Shown here: positions 8,554 through 17,933 of the stretch, piece by piece
How the letters are laid out: every line of letters starts with the position of its first letter
Position numbering within the stretch: the first letter of the stretch is position 1
Origin: an archaeon
GTDB taxonomy: Archaea > B1Sed10-29 > WALL01 > WAMD01
DNA length: 53,177 nucleotides
Assembly: GCA_024275655.1 (NCBI GenBank)
Contig: JAJRYR010000040.1
Location: 1-53,177, forward strand
Reading direction: 5' to 3'
Position numbers and translations under genes: made by a program
Notes under the pieces: generated by a model
Database searches by the model: none
Told to the model about the DNA's origin: nothing
The model's input: only the letters and a program-made list of their open reading frames with translations

Positions 8554-10191
8554 TCACCAATCCCTCCAACCCAAAAATTTCAAATCTATCTCAAACCCTG
8601 TTACAGGCATCTCTATCTCAAAGTTCTCCAAAACCTTTGGATGTATCTCTCCGACCCAGCCAACGGACTCTCCATTAACCAGTACCTTGGCAACCCTGCC
8701 ATCTAGGAAGCTAGGATTACTGGCCTCTTCAAACCTCAATTCAACTGGCTTCTCCAAGTACCTGAGAACTGCCTCCACAGTTGACTTTGCTACGGAATAA
8801 TCAGAACTCTTATCAGCTATTACTCCAGCTAAATGCAATCTTTCCTCCACTTTGCCCTCTTCTACTAAAGCAACCCTCCCTATCTCATACAACTTCTGTG
8901 GGTAGGGGTGGTGCTTGTTTCTGGAAAGGACATCCAACAGCTGGGGGAGTATCATATCCCTGAATACTGTATAGTTCTCATTAACTGCGCTCTTTACCCT
9001 AACCACGCTTGTACTTCTCTTCATCTTCTTGTGCAAAACGTCTTCACTAGTCAAATGATAATTGCTAGTCTCTAAGAATCCCATCCCAATCAACAACTGA
9101 CCAAGTAACTTGCTAACCTTTGTTTCCTTACTCATCTCACTAACTGTGGCGATGTTTGGTATCTCTGGCTCAAACTTATCGTATCTATACGCTATTGCAA
9201 CATCCTCCACTAAATCAATTGGATGTAAAATATCGCTCCTGTAGGCAGGAACTTTAACGAAAACTCTCCCCTCGTGATCCTTTGCACCTATCCCCATTCT
9301 ACGTAGATAACTAGCAATCTCACCATCGGACAAATTCAATCCAAGGAGCTTGTTCACGTAATCCGGATCAAGTTCCATGTCCATTGGTGTTAGGTCCGGA
9401 TACTCTCTACCCTCCACATTAACGGAGTATATTTTTCCACCCCTATCTGCCAAAGCATAAACCAAGATGTTCAAAGCTTGTACAACTGGTTGGAGCCTGG
9501 TACCAGTAACATCTATTAGGATGTTCCTAGTATTCTCATCCACCGCCGTATCCTGGGAGTTTATCACTGGTGGGAAGGACAATACCTTGCCAGTTGCATC
9601 AACCCAAACCACGTAATTTGGCCCCGGTACCAAATGGGAATACTCTACTCCCTTTGGATGCTCTTTCTTTATTTCTTCAATACTCATTTCTCTATCCATC
9701 CCCAACGGCACAAAAGAAAAGCTACCATCTACAACCTTGTAGGTTATTGGGAATTCAATTTTATCCAGATCATATACACCAATGGACGCAACTTTTCTAT
9801 TCCTGGAATGGGTCAGGTGCAACTTCTCCTGTACCTGCATCAATGATCTTACCAACTCATCATCCATTTCTAGATCCTTTACAACTGCACAAACAGCATA
9901 AGGTCTACTCTTCGCTGTTTCAGGTTCTATCCTAGCTTGATAATCTGATGGATAGACCACCGGCACTCTGATCTCTGACTCCAACCCCAAAAAATACCTC
10001 ATCCCCCTAGCCAAACCCTCTATACTAAGAAAATCCGGCCTATTGGGAGTAACATCCAATACCACTTCAGTATCAGTCATATCGTCTGGAACAACTCCTA
10101 GCATAGCTAGCTCATACTCAAGCTCCTCATCTGACATGTCCTTTCCTATGAGCCTGAGCAGCTCTCGCTTGTCAAAACTAACAGTTGGCAT
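8554..10191 (-). CDS. pheT: Phenylalanine--tRNA ligase beta subunit
   Basis: Archaeal PheT layout (MPTVSFDKRELLRLIGK..., VTPNRPDFLSIEGLARG, B3/4 and B5 regions). The ATG at 10191 overlaps the pheS stop (TAATG) and is preferred over the GTG at 10203. Confidence 0.92.
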   Translation of the reverse strand: MPTVSFDKRELLRLIGKDMSDEELEYELAMLGVVPDDMTDTEVVLDVTPNRPDFLSIEGLARGMRYFLGLESEIRVPVVYPSDYQARIEPETAKSRPYAVCAVVKDLEMDDELVRSLMQVQEKLHLTHSRNRKVASIGVYDLDKIEFPITYKVVDGSFSFVPLGMDREMSIEEIKKEHPKGVEYSHLVPGPNYVVWVDATGKVLSFPPVINSQDTAVDENTRNILIDVTGTRLQPVVQALNILVYALADRGGKIYSVNVEGREYPDLTPMDMELDPDYVNKLLGLNLSDGEIASYLRRMGIGAKDHEGRVFVKVPAYRSDILHPIDLVEDVAIAYRYDKFEPEIPNIATVSEMSKETKVSKLLGQLLIGMGFLETSNYHLTSEDVLHKKMKRSTSVVRVKSAVNENYTVFRDMILPQLLDVLSRNKHHPYPQKLYEIGRVALVEEGKVEERLHLAGVIADKSSDYSVAKSTVEAVLRYLEKPVELRFEEASNPSFLDGRVAKVLVNGESVGWVGEIHPKVLENFEIEMPVTGFEIDLKFLGWRDW

Positions 10192-11687
10192 TACAACCAC
10201 CACAACTTAGCATTCCTCAACTGCTCCACATCATTCTTGTATATCTCTCTCAAATCCGTTATTCCGTAGTAGTCTACTATCAACCTCTCAACTCCCAGCC
10301 CCCAAGCCAAAACTGGGACTGCCTTACCAAGCAGTGGTTCCACGACCTCTGGTCTAAATATCCCAGCACCTCCGAGTTCAATCCACTCCTTCTTCACTGG
10401 ATGGTAAACCTCTGGCTCAACACTCATCTCCGTATATGGGAAGTAATGAGGTCTAAATCTAACCTTCTTGAATCCAAGTTTTGAGAGGAACTCCTTTAGA
10501 TAACCTAGCAGGTGCCTAAAATTAACATCCTCAGACACCACTATACCATCACTCTGAGTGAACTCAAACAGGTGTTTCCAGTCCAATGCCTCATTTCTAA
10601 ACACCCTACCAACAGAGAAAAATTTTGCAGGGAGCTCCGTTTCCTTAAGTTTAGCAAGTGTTTGAGCGGAAAGTATTGTAGTATGGGTTCTCAGAACCAT
10701 TCTCTTAGCTTCCTCCTCACTCCACTCGTATTCCCATCCCAATGAGCCATCCACTCCCTCTTCATGGGCCTTCTTAACTCTAGAGACCAAATCACCACCA
10801 GGCAACTCTCCATACTCTGGCTCCACATAGAAAGTATCCTGAAGCTCCCTGGCCGGGTGATCCTGAGGAACGAAAAGTGCATCGAAATTCCAAAAACTGG
10901 TCGTGACTATTGGTCCGTTCATCTCCTTGAACCCCATCTCAAGCCAAATCTGCCTAATATAATCCTTAGCCAGATTGGCAAAGTGCCTTTTACCAGGATA
11001 GATGGGAGGGGTCGGAGCAGATACATCATACTTCCTAAACTTCACCTTCCTCCACGAACCCGTTCTAATCATCTCAGGTGTGAGGTTACTAACTTCCTCC
11101 TCTATGGTTATGCCTTTCTTAACAATATCCCTTCCTAGATCGGTTAGATGCACTCTTATCTCCTTTTCCTCTCGAACATCCAATATTTTAGACCTCTCTT
11201 TAACAAATCTCCTCAAATCATCTGGTATTTCGCTTGCGTAAGCTCCAGTTTTGAGCAACTCCAGAAACCTTTCTGTTGGAAGCTTCCCTCTAGCAGCCTC
11301 CTTCCCTTTTTCAGACAAGACTATTCTGCCACGGTCCACTTTCCCGAGCCCTAGTTTGGATAGCCAAACCAACGCTATTCTAAATTCTCCTCCCAATTTC
11401 TTAGCAACCTCAGAAACAGAGTCTACTCCTGAAAGAACCAACTCTAAAAGCTTCCTCTCTGGGAGCCCTTCCTGGGCATACCTACGGCCCTCTTGATTTA
11501 GCTCATATACCTCCTTCACATCCTCGTCCACGCTGATCAAACCCTTTGCCTTCAACCATTCCAACGCCTTCAGCACTGCGTCCTTCTTTAACCCTGTCTT
11601 TCTAGCTATGGTTTCCGGATCCTCTGCTCCCTTATTCACTGCCAACAATACCTTTTTTTCATGAACAGTGAGGTTCATGATCACCAC
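10191..11687 (-). CDS. pheS: Phenylalanine--tRNA ligase alpha subunit
   Basis: N-terminal winged-helix repeats. Class II motif 2 FRNEALDWKHLFEFTQSDG and motif 3 GAGIFRPEV...LAWGLGVERL. An alternative ATG lies at 11678. Confidence 0.92.
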   Translation of the reverse strand: MVIMNLTVHEKKVLLAVNKGAEDPETIARKTGLKKDAVLKALEWLKAKGLISVDEDVKEVYELNQEGRRYAQEGLPERKLLELVLSGVDSVSEVAKKLGGEFRIALVWLSKLGLGKVDRGRIVLSEKGKEAARGKLPTERFLELLKTGAYASEIPDDLRRFVKERSKILDVREEKEIRVHLTDLGRDIVKKGITIEEEVSNLTPEMIRTGSWRKVKFRKYDVSAPTPPIYPGKRHFANLAKDYIRQIWLEMGFKEMNGPIVTTSFWNFDALFVPQDHPARELQDTFYVEPEYGELPGGDLVSRVKKAHEEGVDGSLGWEYEWSEEEAKRMVLRTHTTILSAQTLAKLKETELPAKFFSVGRVFRNEALDWKHLFEFTQSDGIVVSEDVNFRHLLGYLKEFLSKLGFKKVRFRPHYFPYTEMSVEPEVYHPVKKEWIELGGAGIFRPEVVEPLLGKAVPVLAWGLGVERLIVDYYGITDLREIYKNDVEQLRNAKLWWL

Positions 11688-11730
11688 CAGAAAATCAGTT
11701 ATTTATTGCAGGAGAGCTATAAAAGGTTTG

Positions 11731-12084
11731 ATGGTGGTTCTAGATGCTAGCGGAGTACTGAACGCCTTCGGTTTCAGATTTGATAGGAAGTTTTACACAA
11801 CCCCTAGTGTAATGGAAGAAATAAAAGACCTCAGATCGAGGGCAATAGTGGAATCTGGAACAATTCAAGGCAAGCTAATGGTCCTCCTACCAAGCAAAGA
11901 ATCTCTAGAAAAGGTAAGAGAGGCTGCGAGAAAATTAGGTTTTGAGAAAAAACTATCAAAAACTGATATGGATATAATCGCACTTGCGCTAGATTTAAAA
12001 GACGAACTGTGGACAGATGACAAAACCCTAGCAAAATTAGCAAATAAGTTGGGGATAAAAACATCCCCCATAATATGGAAATAA
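11731..12084 (+). CDS. PIN-domain nuclease, Nob1-like but without a zinc ribbon
   Basis: MVVLDASGVLNA..YTTPSVMEEIKD...LSKTDMDIIALALDL..ELWTDDKTLAKLANKLGI matches the Nob1-type PIN pattern. No Cys-rich C-terminus. TTATTTAT lies about 30 nt upstream of the ATG at 11731, so the transcript is probably leaderless. Confidence 0.6.
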   Translation: MVVLDASGVLNAFGFRFDRKFYTTPSVMEEIKDLRSRAIVESGTIQGKLMVLLPSKESLEKVREAARKLGFEKKLSKTDMDIIALALDLKDELWTDDKTLAKLANKLGIKTSPIIWK

Positions 12085-12092
12085 ATGCGTGC

Positions 12093-12887
12093 TTACTCTT
12101 CTTCCTCTTCTTCTATTACTGGCTCTTCAGCGAAGGCCTCCTTCAGCAGTTCAATTATCTGCTTCCTATACCAGAATGCCAGAACAATCACAATCACGGC
12201 TGCTGCGGCGTACAGGGGGTTCCCAAATCTATACTTGAGATCTTCAATCAATCCTTGAAGTGAAAACTGGGTCTGTATTGGTTTATCCCTCTCAAAAACT
12301 AGCTTGAACCCTTCAGAGGATAGAGGGCCTCTCCACGTGTATTCATAGAATTCTCCCAAATATCCGGGAAGCTGCGCTATTACCCTTTGTTCCGTTGGGT
12401 TTGGTTGGGGGATATCTGCCAACCTATACCCTCTAGGAAACTCCACCGTTAACTGCGTGGCAGGGCGCAAGGGCAATTCAAACTTACCATCTTTTTGAAA
12501 GACAGTATCAGTACCTACCAACTCCAACACTTCACTAGTTCCCTTATCCTCAACTTTGTGAAGTAAGGAATCAGTAGTGTACTGAAGAGTTATCTGTGCA
12601 AATCCACCCGAACCCATGACGTAGCTAACATGGTAATCCCTTATGGGAACCGTAAAACTGGGGCCGGTCCCCAAAGAGATTAAATCATTCACAGTGGCAT
12701 TTGATAGAATGTTCTCCCAAGTGGTCTTTTCAGTGCTGTTCAGCTTCACTTGGTAAACCTCAGTTATTCGAATATCTCCAGAATAAGGAATCAAAACTGT
12801 AATATCGTGCGCAATGTACTCGACAGCCATTACTCCTGAAACTAAAAACATCAAAGCCAAAACTGAAACTAAAGGCCAGTACCTCAT
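12093..12887 (-). CDS. Secreted protein with C-terminal membrane anchor and poly-Glu tail (hypothetical)
   Basis: Signal peptide MRYWPLVSVLALMFLVSGVMA, C-terminal TM LYAAAAVIVIVLAFWY, then ...EEPVIEEEEEE. Confidence 0.6.
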   Translation of the reverse strand: MRYWPLVSVLALMFLVSGVMAVEYIAHDITVLIPYSGDIRITEVYQVKLNSTEKTTWENILSNATVNDLISLGTGPSFTVPIRDYHVSYVMGSGGFAQITLQYTTDSLLHKVEDKGTSEVLELVGTDTVFQKDGKFELPLRPATQLTVEFPRGYRLADIPQPNPTEQRVIAQLPGYLGEFYEYTWRGPLSSEGFKLVFERDKPIQTQFSLQGLIEDLKYRFGNPLYAAAAVIVIVLAFWYRKQIIELLKEAFAEEPVIEEEEEE

Positions 12888-12952
12888 ACTCTAGATTATG
12901 TGCTCAGAGGTTTAAAACATTAAGCTCTAGTAAAGGTAAGTTAGAAGGGGGG

Positions 12953-13714
12953 TTAGATGTTCAGTTCCACTGGGAGCAACTTGATACCCTCGGATGTAAT
13001 CTGCAGTGGGACCATCCCCTCATAATGCTTCGTGGCTCTCATCTTTCTTATGAATAAGATCCTATGGGCCCCCTCAAGTAGTGGCATTGTAGTATACCTC
13101 AAAACTATGACTCCATCCACCACATATTCCTCAACACCAAACCGAGAGTACCTCTCCAGTTCCTTCCCATACTCGGGTATCTCAGATATGAGGATGGATG
13201 TTAACCCAGTTTGCTTTAGGTAGTACACGAGCTTGAGGATAAACTCCCTTATCTTTGATTCCTTTTCCATGTGGAAACCCAATGCAGGAATTGAATCCAG
13301 CACAAACCTCTTTGCACCTATGCTCCTGGCCATTTGCATTATCTTTATCAAGAGCTTTTCTGGTTCGAATTCGTGTGACTCCACGTAATACTGTTCCATT
13401 GATGGGACTCCTATCTTTGTAGCAGATAGATCTAGGATTGCCAGCTTTCCTTCATCCTCCAATGCTTTTATGTCCCAGCCAAACCTAAGCATATCCTCTC
13501 TAATGAGTTCTGCTCTCTCATCCACGGTTATGTACAATCCAGGTTCGTTGTGTTCCAACGCTCCCTTTATTAGGTACTGCATTGCCAGTATTGTTTTACC
13601 AGTTCCACAACCACCTGAAACTAGAATGCTTCTCCCCCTAGGGAATCCTCCTTCTATGAGCTCGTCCAAACCAGGAATTCCAGTTGGTACTCTCTCAACC
13701 ATGAGCATCACCAC
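12953..13714 (-). CDS. KaiC-like / RecA-superfamily ATPase (single domain)
   Basis: VPTGIPGLDELIEGGFPRGRSILVSGGCGTGKTILAMQYL (Walker A) and RFVLDSIPAL (Walker B-like). TTTTTAAATAA on the minus strand lies about 20 nt upstream. Confidence 0.8.
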   Translation of the reverse strand: MVMLMVERVPTGIPGLDELIEGGFPRGRSILVSGGCGTGKTILAMQYLIKGALEHNEPGLYITVDERAELIREDMLRFGWDIKALEDEGKLAILDLSATKIGVPSMEQYYVESHEFEPEKLLIKIMQMARSIGAKRFVLDSIPALGFHMEKESKIREFILKLVYYLKQTGLTSILISEIPEYGKELERYSRFGVEEYVVDGVIVLRYTTMPLLEGAHRILFIRKMRATKHYEGMVPLQITSEGIKLLPVELNI

Positions 13715-13752
13715 TAGAATAACGTGGGAGTTATTTAAAAAGTTGTTTGTTT

Positions 13753-13853
13753 GGGAAAAGGAGAAAAAGTGAGGTGGGCGCTCTCTGGAGGGGGAGGGGA
13801 CGGGGGGGTGGTATGACCAGCGTATCCAAGCAATCCAGCGTCAGCGCCCACCT
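13753..13853 (-). terminator. Long-loop hairpin plus oligo-T tract downstream of the wHTH gene
   Basis: An 11-bp inverted repeat AGGTGGGCGCT (13772-13782) / AGCGCCCACCT (13843-13853) overlaps the TGA stop. On the minus strand it is followed by CTTTTTCTCCTTTTCCC (13753-13769). Confidence 0.4.
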
Positions 13854-14341
13854 ACCAAGTAGTATACTTTCCTGCCAGCTCTCTTCTTTTCTAGGAGGCC
13901 TAGTTGGTAAAGCCTATTTAGCCTGGCTGAAGCGGCGTTTCGGCCCTTGTATCCAAGGGCCTTCTGAACTTCATCTGCAGTGGCCCTTCCCTTTTCTTTT
14001 ACAAACGCAATTATTCTCTCGTCCACTTCGCTCAGGATTTCGGTTTTCGAGGTGATGGGAACAGAGGTGGAAGGAACCGTTCCCTCTCCTTTCTCTAGGA
14101 TGCTCCTTATTGCACGGAGCTCTTCTAGTATGACCTGGAAGAGCGCATTTGTCTTTTTTCTTTCTTCTATGAGGCGATGAATCATTGCACCAACGATTAT
14201 TGGATCATTGAACTTCTCAAGGTCATATGTAATGTCTTTACTGTATTCTCGGAATTCCTCATCACCGTAATCCCCAAGGTATTTTTTGTACTCCTCCAGC
14301 CAGGCCTTGGAACCAGTGTGATTTATATTCTTGTTCGTCAT
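13841..14341 (-). CDS. Winged-helix DNA-binding protein (MarR/ArsR-like C-terminal domain)
   Basis: The C-terminal ERIIAFVKEKGRATADEVQKALGYKGRNAASARLNRLYQLGLLEKKRAGRKVYYLV is a typical wHTH. The N-terminal half has no recognised domain. Confidence 0.65.
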   Translation of the reverse strand: MTNKNINHTGSKAWLEEYKKYLGDYGDEEFREYSKDITYDLEKFNDPIIVGAMIHRLIEERKKTNALFQVILEELRAIRSILEKGEGTVPSTSVPITSKTEILSEVDERIIAFVKEKGRATADEVQKALGYKGRNAASARLNRLYQLGLLEKKRAGRKVYYLVGGR

Positions 14342-14352
14342 AAACTATCACT

Positions 14353-14412
14353 AGTAACCTGCCATGACTTGTCTCGTTACTGTCATGATTAAGTCATGAC
14401 TAGTATATAAAT
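14353..14412 (-). promoter_or_regulatory. Putative promoter/operator of the wHTH gene
   Basis: TATATAAAT at 14404-14412. Perfect palindrome AGTCATGACT at 14392-14401, with further TCATGA-type half sites at 14382-14388 and 14363-14368. Inverted repeat AGTAAC (14353-14358) / GTTACT (14376-14381). Confidence 0.4.
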
Positions 14413-14496
14413 CTATCGCTCGTTCTAGAATCAGGAGAATATCTAGGTTTTAGTGGGTATTTATAAAGGATCAGGGATCTTGTCTTGGCAAAATCC

Positions 14497-16773
14497 CTAA
14501 TTTTCCATTCCCAGCTCCTTCTCTGCTTCTGCCACGACCTTTTTCACTTTCGCAACAGCATCTGGATTAACGGAGATGCTAGTAATTCCCTGCTCCACCA
14601 AAAATCTCGCAAACTCTGGATAATTACTAGGTGCCTGTCCACACAGACTAACGGTCTTTCCCTTCTTCCTAGCACCATGGATTATCATAGATATGGCTCT
14701 CTTTACTGCGGGATCCTTTTCATCAAACAATCCCATCCTTCCAAGCATGTCAGAGTCCCTATCCACGCCTAGAACCAGCTGAGTGAGATCGTTGGACCCA
14801 ATGCTGAATCCGTCAACTAGCTCAGCAAACTCTTCTGCAAGCAAGGCCACACTCGGGACCTCTGCCATTATCCAAACCTTGAATTTCTCGCCTCTTTCCA
14901 ATCCCTCTTCCTTCATTATCTCAAGGATCTTCCTCACTTCCTCCTGCTTCCTCACAAATGGTAGCATGACCCACAAGTTGTCCAGCCCACTGTCCCTAAC
15001 CTTCTTCACAGCCTTCAACTCTAACCTAAAGGCTGGCTCGTACTGTGGAGAGTAATACCTAGAACATCCTCTCCAACCAAGCATGGGGTTGTTCTCCTCT
15101 GGTTCATATTTCTCTCCACCTTCCAAATCCCTGTACTCGTTGGTCTTAAAGTCTGAAAATCTAAGCACAACTGGCCTGGGATAAAATGTCTTACACACTT
15201 TGGCTATTCCCTCTGCCAGCTTATCAACCCATTCCTCAGCTTTTCCTTCCTCTATGGCCTTCAGAGGGTGCTTCTTTATGTAAGTGGCAATTATGAACTC
15301 CTCCCTCATCAAGCCTACTCCATCCACCGGCAGTTTCGCATATTTCTCCGCCATATCTGGGACTCCCAGATTTAGATAGATCTTCGTCTTGGTTTTTGGA
15401 AGTTCTGAAAGATCTAGTTCAGCCTCCTTCTCTATCTTTACCTCTCCCTTGTAGATTATTCCCTTCGTGGCATCCACGGTAATTATGTCTCCATCCTTCA
15501 CGAGTTTAGTAATGTTTCCAGTCCCAACCACTGCAGGGATTCCCAGCTCTCTAGAAACTATCGCCGCGTGGCAGGTCATCCCCCCCTCATCCGTGACAAT
15601 GGCTGCTGCCCTCTTCATGGCAGGAACCATATCTGGATTGGTCATCGTGGTAACCAGTATGTCCCCATCCTGGACCTTGTCCAGCTCATCCAAGCTGAGA
15701 ACGATCTTAACCGGACCAGTGGCAATTCCTGGGCTAGCCGGGAGTCCCCTAGTTAGCACTTCGCCCTTTATCTCTTCCTCCCTCTCTTTCTCCACTTTTT
15801 CTTTGAGCTTCAATGTCGTTATTGCTCTGGACTGGACGATGTACAGTTTGCCATTCTCATACGCCCATTCCATATCCTGGGGATGTCCGTAGTGCCTCTC
15901 AGTTTTAAGGCCCAACTTTGCCAGCTCTATGATCTTGTCATCTGGGAGTTTTTGCTTGTCTTGAAGCTCTTCTGGAATTTCATATCTAGCGGTGCCCTTT
16001 CCACCAGGAGCCCTAGCTATTTTCCAAGTTTGCTTCGCAATATTCTTTGATATAATCTTCAAACTCTCCTTGTCTATGACATAAGTATCTGGAGTAACCT
16101 TCCCGCCAACCACAACCTCTCCCAAACCATATGCTGCCTCTATGATGATCTTGCTTGTATCTCCTGTCGGTGAAGCAGTAAACATAACTCCAGAAACCTC
16201 TGATTCAACCATCTTCTGAACCACTGCAGCTAGTTTCACCTTCTCATGGGGGAATCCCTGCTTCTCTCTGTAGAAAATTGCTCTGGGCGTAAACAGGCTC
16301 GCCCAGCATCGTTGAACATTCTTAACAACCTCCTCCTCCCCAATAACATCTAGATATGTCTCCTGCTGACCAGCAAAGCTAGCCTCTGGCAAGTCCTCTG
16401 CAGTAGCGGAAGAACGAACAGCAACGTAAACTGGCTTTCCACCACCAACTTCATTGCACAGTTTTCTATACGCCTCAACTATGTGCATCTCAATATCTGT
16501 TGGTATCCTTGTGTTCAGTATCAAATCTTGAATCCTCTTTGCATTCCTCTCCAATTGATCAGTATCATCAACATTAGTTTCCCTGAGTATCTTAAAGATT
16601 GCGTCCTTCAACCCCGTCCTAGTGATAAACTCCCAATATGTATCGGCAGTAACAACAAATCCCGGAGGAACTGGAAGCCCCAATTGAGTCATTTCTCCTA
16701 GGTTCGCTCCCTTTCCACCAGCAATAGGAATGTCATCCCTGCTTATCTCTGAAAACCAAACCACATACTTCAT
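14497..16773 (-). CDS. ppsA: Phosphoenolpyruvate synthase (pyruvate, water dikinase)
   Basis: N-terminal ATP-grasp (GGKGANLGEM), phosphohistidine swivel motif TDEGGMTCHAAIVSRELGIPAVVG, C-terminal PEP-utilising TIM barrel (FSIGSNDLTQ). Confidence 0.95.
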   Translation of the reverse strand: MKYVVWFSEISRDDIPIAGGKGANLGEMTQLGLPVPPGFVVTADTYWEFITRTGLKDAIFKILRETNVDDTDQLERNAKRIQDLILNTRIPTDIEMHIVEAYRKLCNEVGGGKPVYVAVRSSATAEDLPEASFAGQQETYLDVIGEEEVVKNVQRCWASLFTPRAIFYREKQGFPHEKVKLAAVVQKMVESEVSGVMFTASPTGDTSKIIIEAAYGLGEVVVGGKVTPDTYVIDKESLKIISKNIAKQTWKIARAPGGKGTARYEIPEELQDKQKLPDDKIIELAKLGLKTERHYGHPQDMEWAYENGKLYIVQSRAITTLKLKEKVEKEREEEIKGEVLTRGLPASPGIATGPVKIVLSLDELDKVQDGDILVTTMTNPDMVPAMKRAAAIVTDEGGMTCHAAIVSRELGIPAVVGTGNITKLVKDGDIITVDATKGIIYKGEVKIEKEAELDLSELPKTKTKIYLNLGVPDMAEKYAKLPVDGVGLMREEFIIATYIKKHPLKAIEEGKAEEWVDKLAEGIAKVCKTFYPRPVVLRFSDFKTNEYRDLEGGEKYEPEENNPMLGWRGCSRYYSPQYEPAFRLELKAVKKVRDSGLDNLWVMLPFVRKQEEVRKILEIMKEEGLERGEKFKVWIMAEVPSVALLAEEFAELVDGFSIGSNDLTQLVLGVDRDSDMLGRMGLFDEKDPAVKRAISMIIHGARKKGKTVSLCGQAPSNYPEFARFLVEQGITSISVNPDAVAKVKKVVAEAEKELGMEN

Positions 16774-16835
16774 GTAACCACCAAATAATACAATTCAATT
16801 CAATAATTTAAACTTTAATCGGTTAATAGCTAGCG

Positions 16836-17933
16836 ATGGCACTTAGAACCAAGAGAGCGCTGAGCAAGAAACTGAAAACTGTGAGAGATATAATCGCAGA
16901 TCTAGAGGAGGTAAAGAATAGATGGGAGAATGCATCAAAGAGAGTAAAGAGAGTTCTAGGTCTCATATCCCAAATAGCAATTGACAATGCATACGTACGA
17001 AACAGGGAACTGCTGCTGAGTGGAGAACTAGACAGAAAGTTGGAGAGATTGCTGTCTTCTCTAAGACTGATGGAAATGGAAATGAGACACGATATCGCAG
17101 ACAGCATATACACAGAGGAGGACAGAGAAAAACTCATAAAAGAAATTGAAAGGTTAGCTCAGGCCGAAGCAAAAATGGAAGAGAATTTGAGAAAGATACA
17201 AACAGTGAGAGAGGAAATACAAAAGTTGAATGAAGAGGAAAAGAAAGATCTCAGATTCTTCCTGGAAAGAAGGATCTTTCCACACAAGAGTGGAAGAATG
17301 GTAACTCCTATAGTGTACACTGGAAAAATGAAGAAAAATATTAGGAATCCAGTTCTAGCCCTAGACAGCTATCTACTACACAAAATTGGAGAGAAGTTTG
17401 AGGGCAATGTTTGCATAGTACCTGCATTCTCGCATGAGATAGAATTCGCGGAACATGGGAAATTGATAGAGATCACTCCAGGAAAAAGCTATAAATTCGA
17501 ACACCCCAATGCTGTAGTAATACCCAAAAAGGCACAGGAAGTAACGAAATTCGAAATAGACAAACATGCAGATAAAAAGGACAAGATCTTAATCATAAAA
17601 GGAATAAACCGCATATTAAATGACAAAGAACTGGCAAAACTAATAGAAAAGGTGAATCCAAAATACGTGGCAGTGTTTGGAACCTGGCACGAAAGAACTG
17701 ATCCAGAATTTGAGGGAGTCCCTGTAATAGATGAGAAAACGATCAAGATCCTGGAAAGATCAGGATTCCAAGAGGTCACGCACAGAGTAATACCTCCAGA
17801 AGAGCTAGAAAAGGTAAAAAAGGCTGAAGAGAAAATCAAATCATCGTTTGAACCCTGGGCAAAGTACTTCCCAGCAACAAAAGTAAGAATATTTGAAAGA
17901 GTCGGGAGGGAGAAGCATGCCAAAAAAGGTTAG
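16836..17933 (+). CDS. Hypothetical coiled-coil protein
   Basis: 365 aa. The N-terminal ~150 aa is heptad-like and charged; the C-terminal half looks alpha/beta-like. No domain recognised. Confidence 0.55.
   Translation: MALRTKRALSKKLKTVRDIIADLEEVKNRWENASKRVKRVLGLISQIAIDNAYVRNRELLLSGELDRKLERLLSSLRLMEMEMRHDIADSIYTEEDREKLIKEIERLAQAEAKMEENLRKIQTVREEIQKLNEEEKKDLRFFLERRIFPHKSGRMVTPIVYTGKMKKNIRNPVLALDSYLLHKIGEKFEGNVCIVPAFSHEIEFAEHGKLIEITPGKSYKFEHPNAVVIPKKAQEVTKFEIDKHADKKDKILIIKGINRILNDKELAKLIEKVNPKYVAVFGTWHERTDPEFEGVPVIDEKTIKILERSGFQEVTHRVIPPEELEKVKKAEEKIKSSFEPWAKYFPATKVRIFERVGREKHAKKG

Noticed and set aside
16836-17933. Degenerate metallophosphoesterase in the C-terminal half of the coiled-coil protein (VAVFGTWHE resembling GNHE)
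   Set aside because: Only one motif-like string is present. The DxH and GDxxDR motifs are absent, so the idea is too speculative to call.
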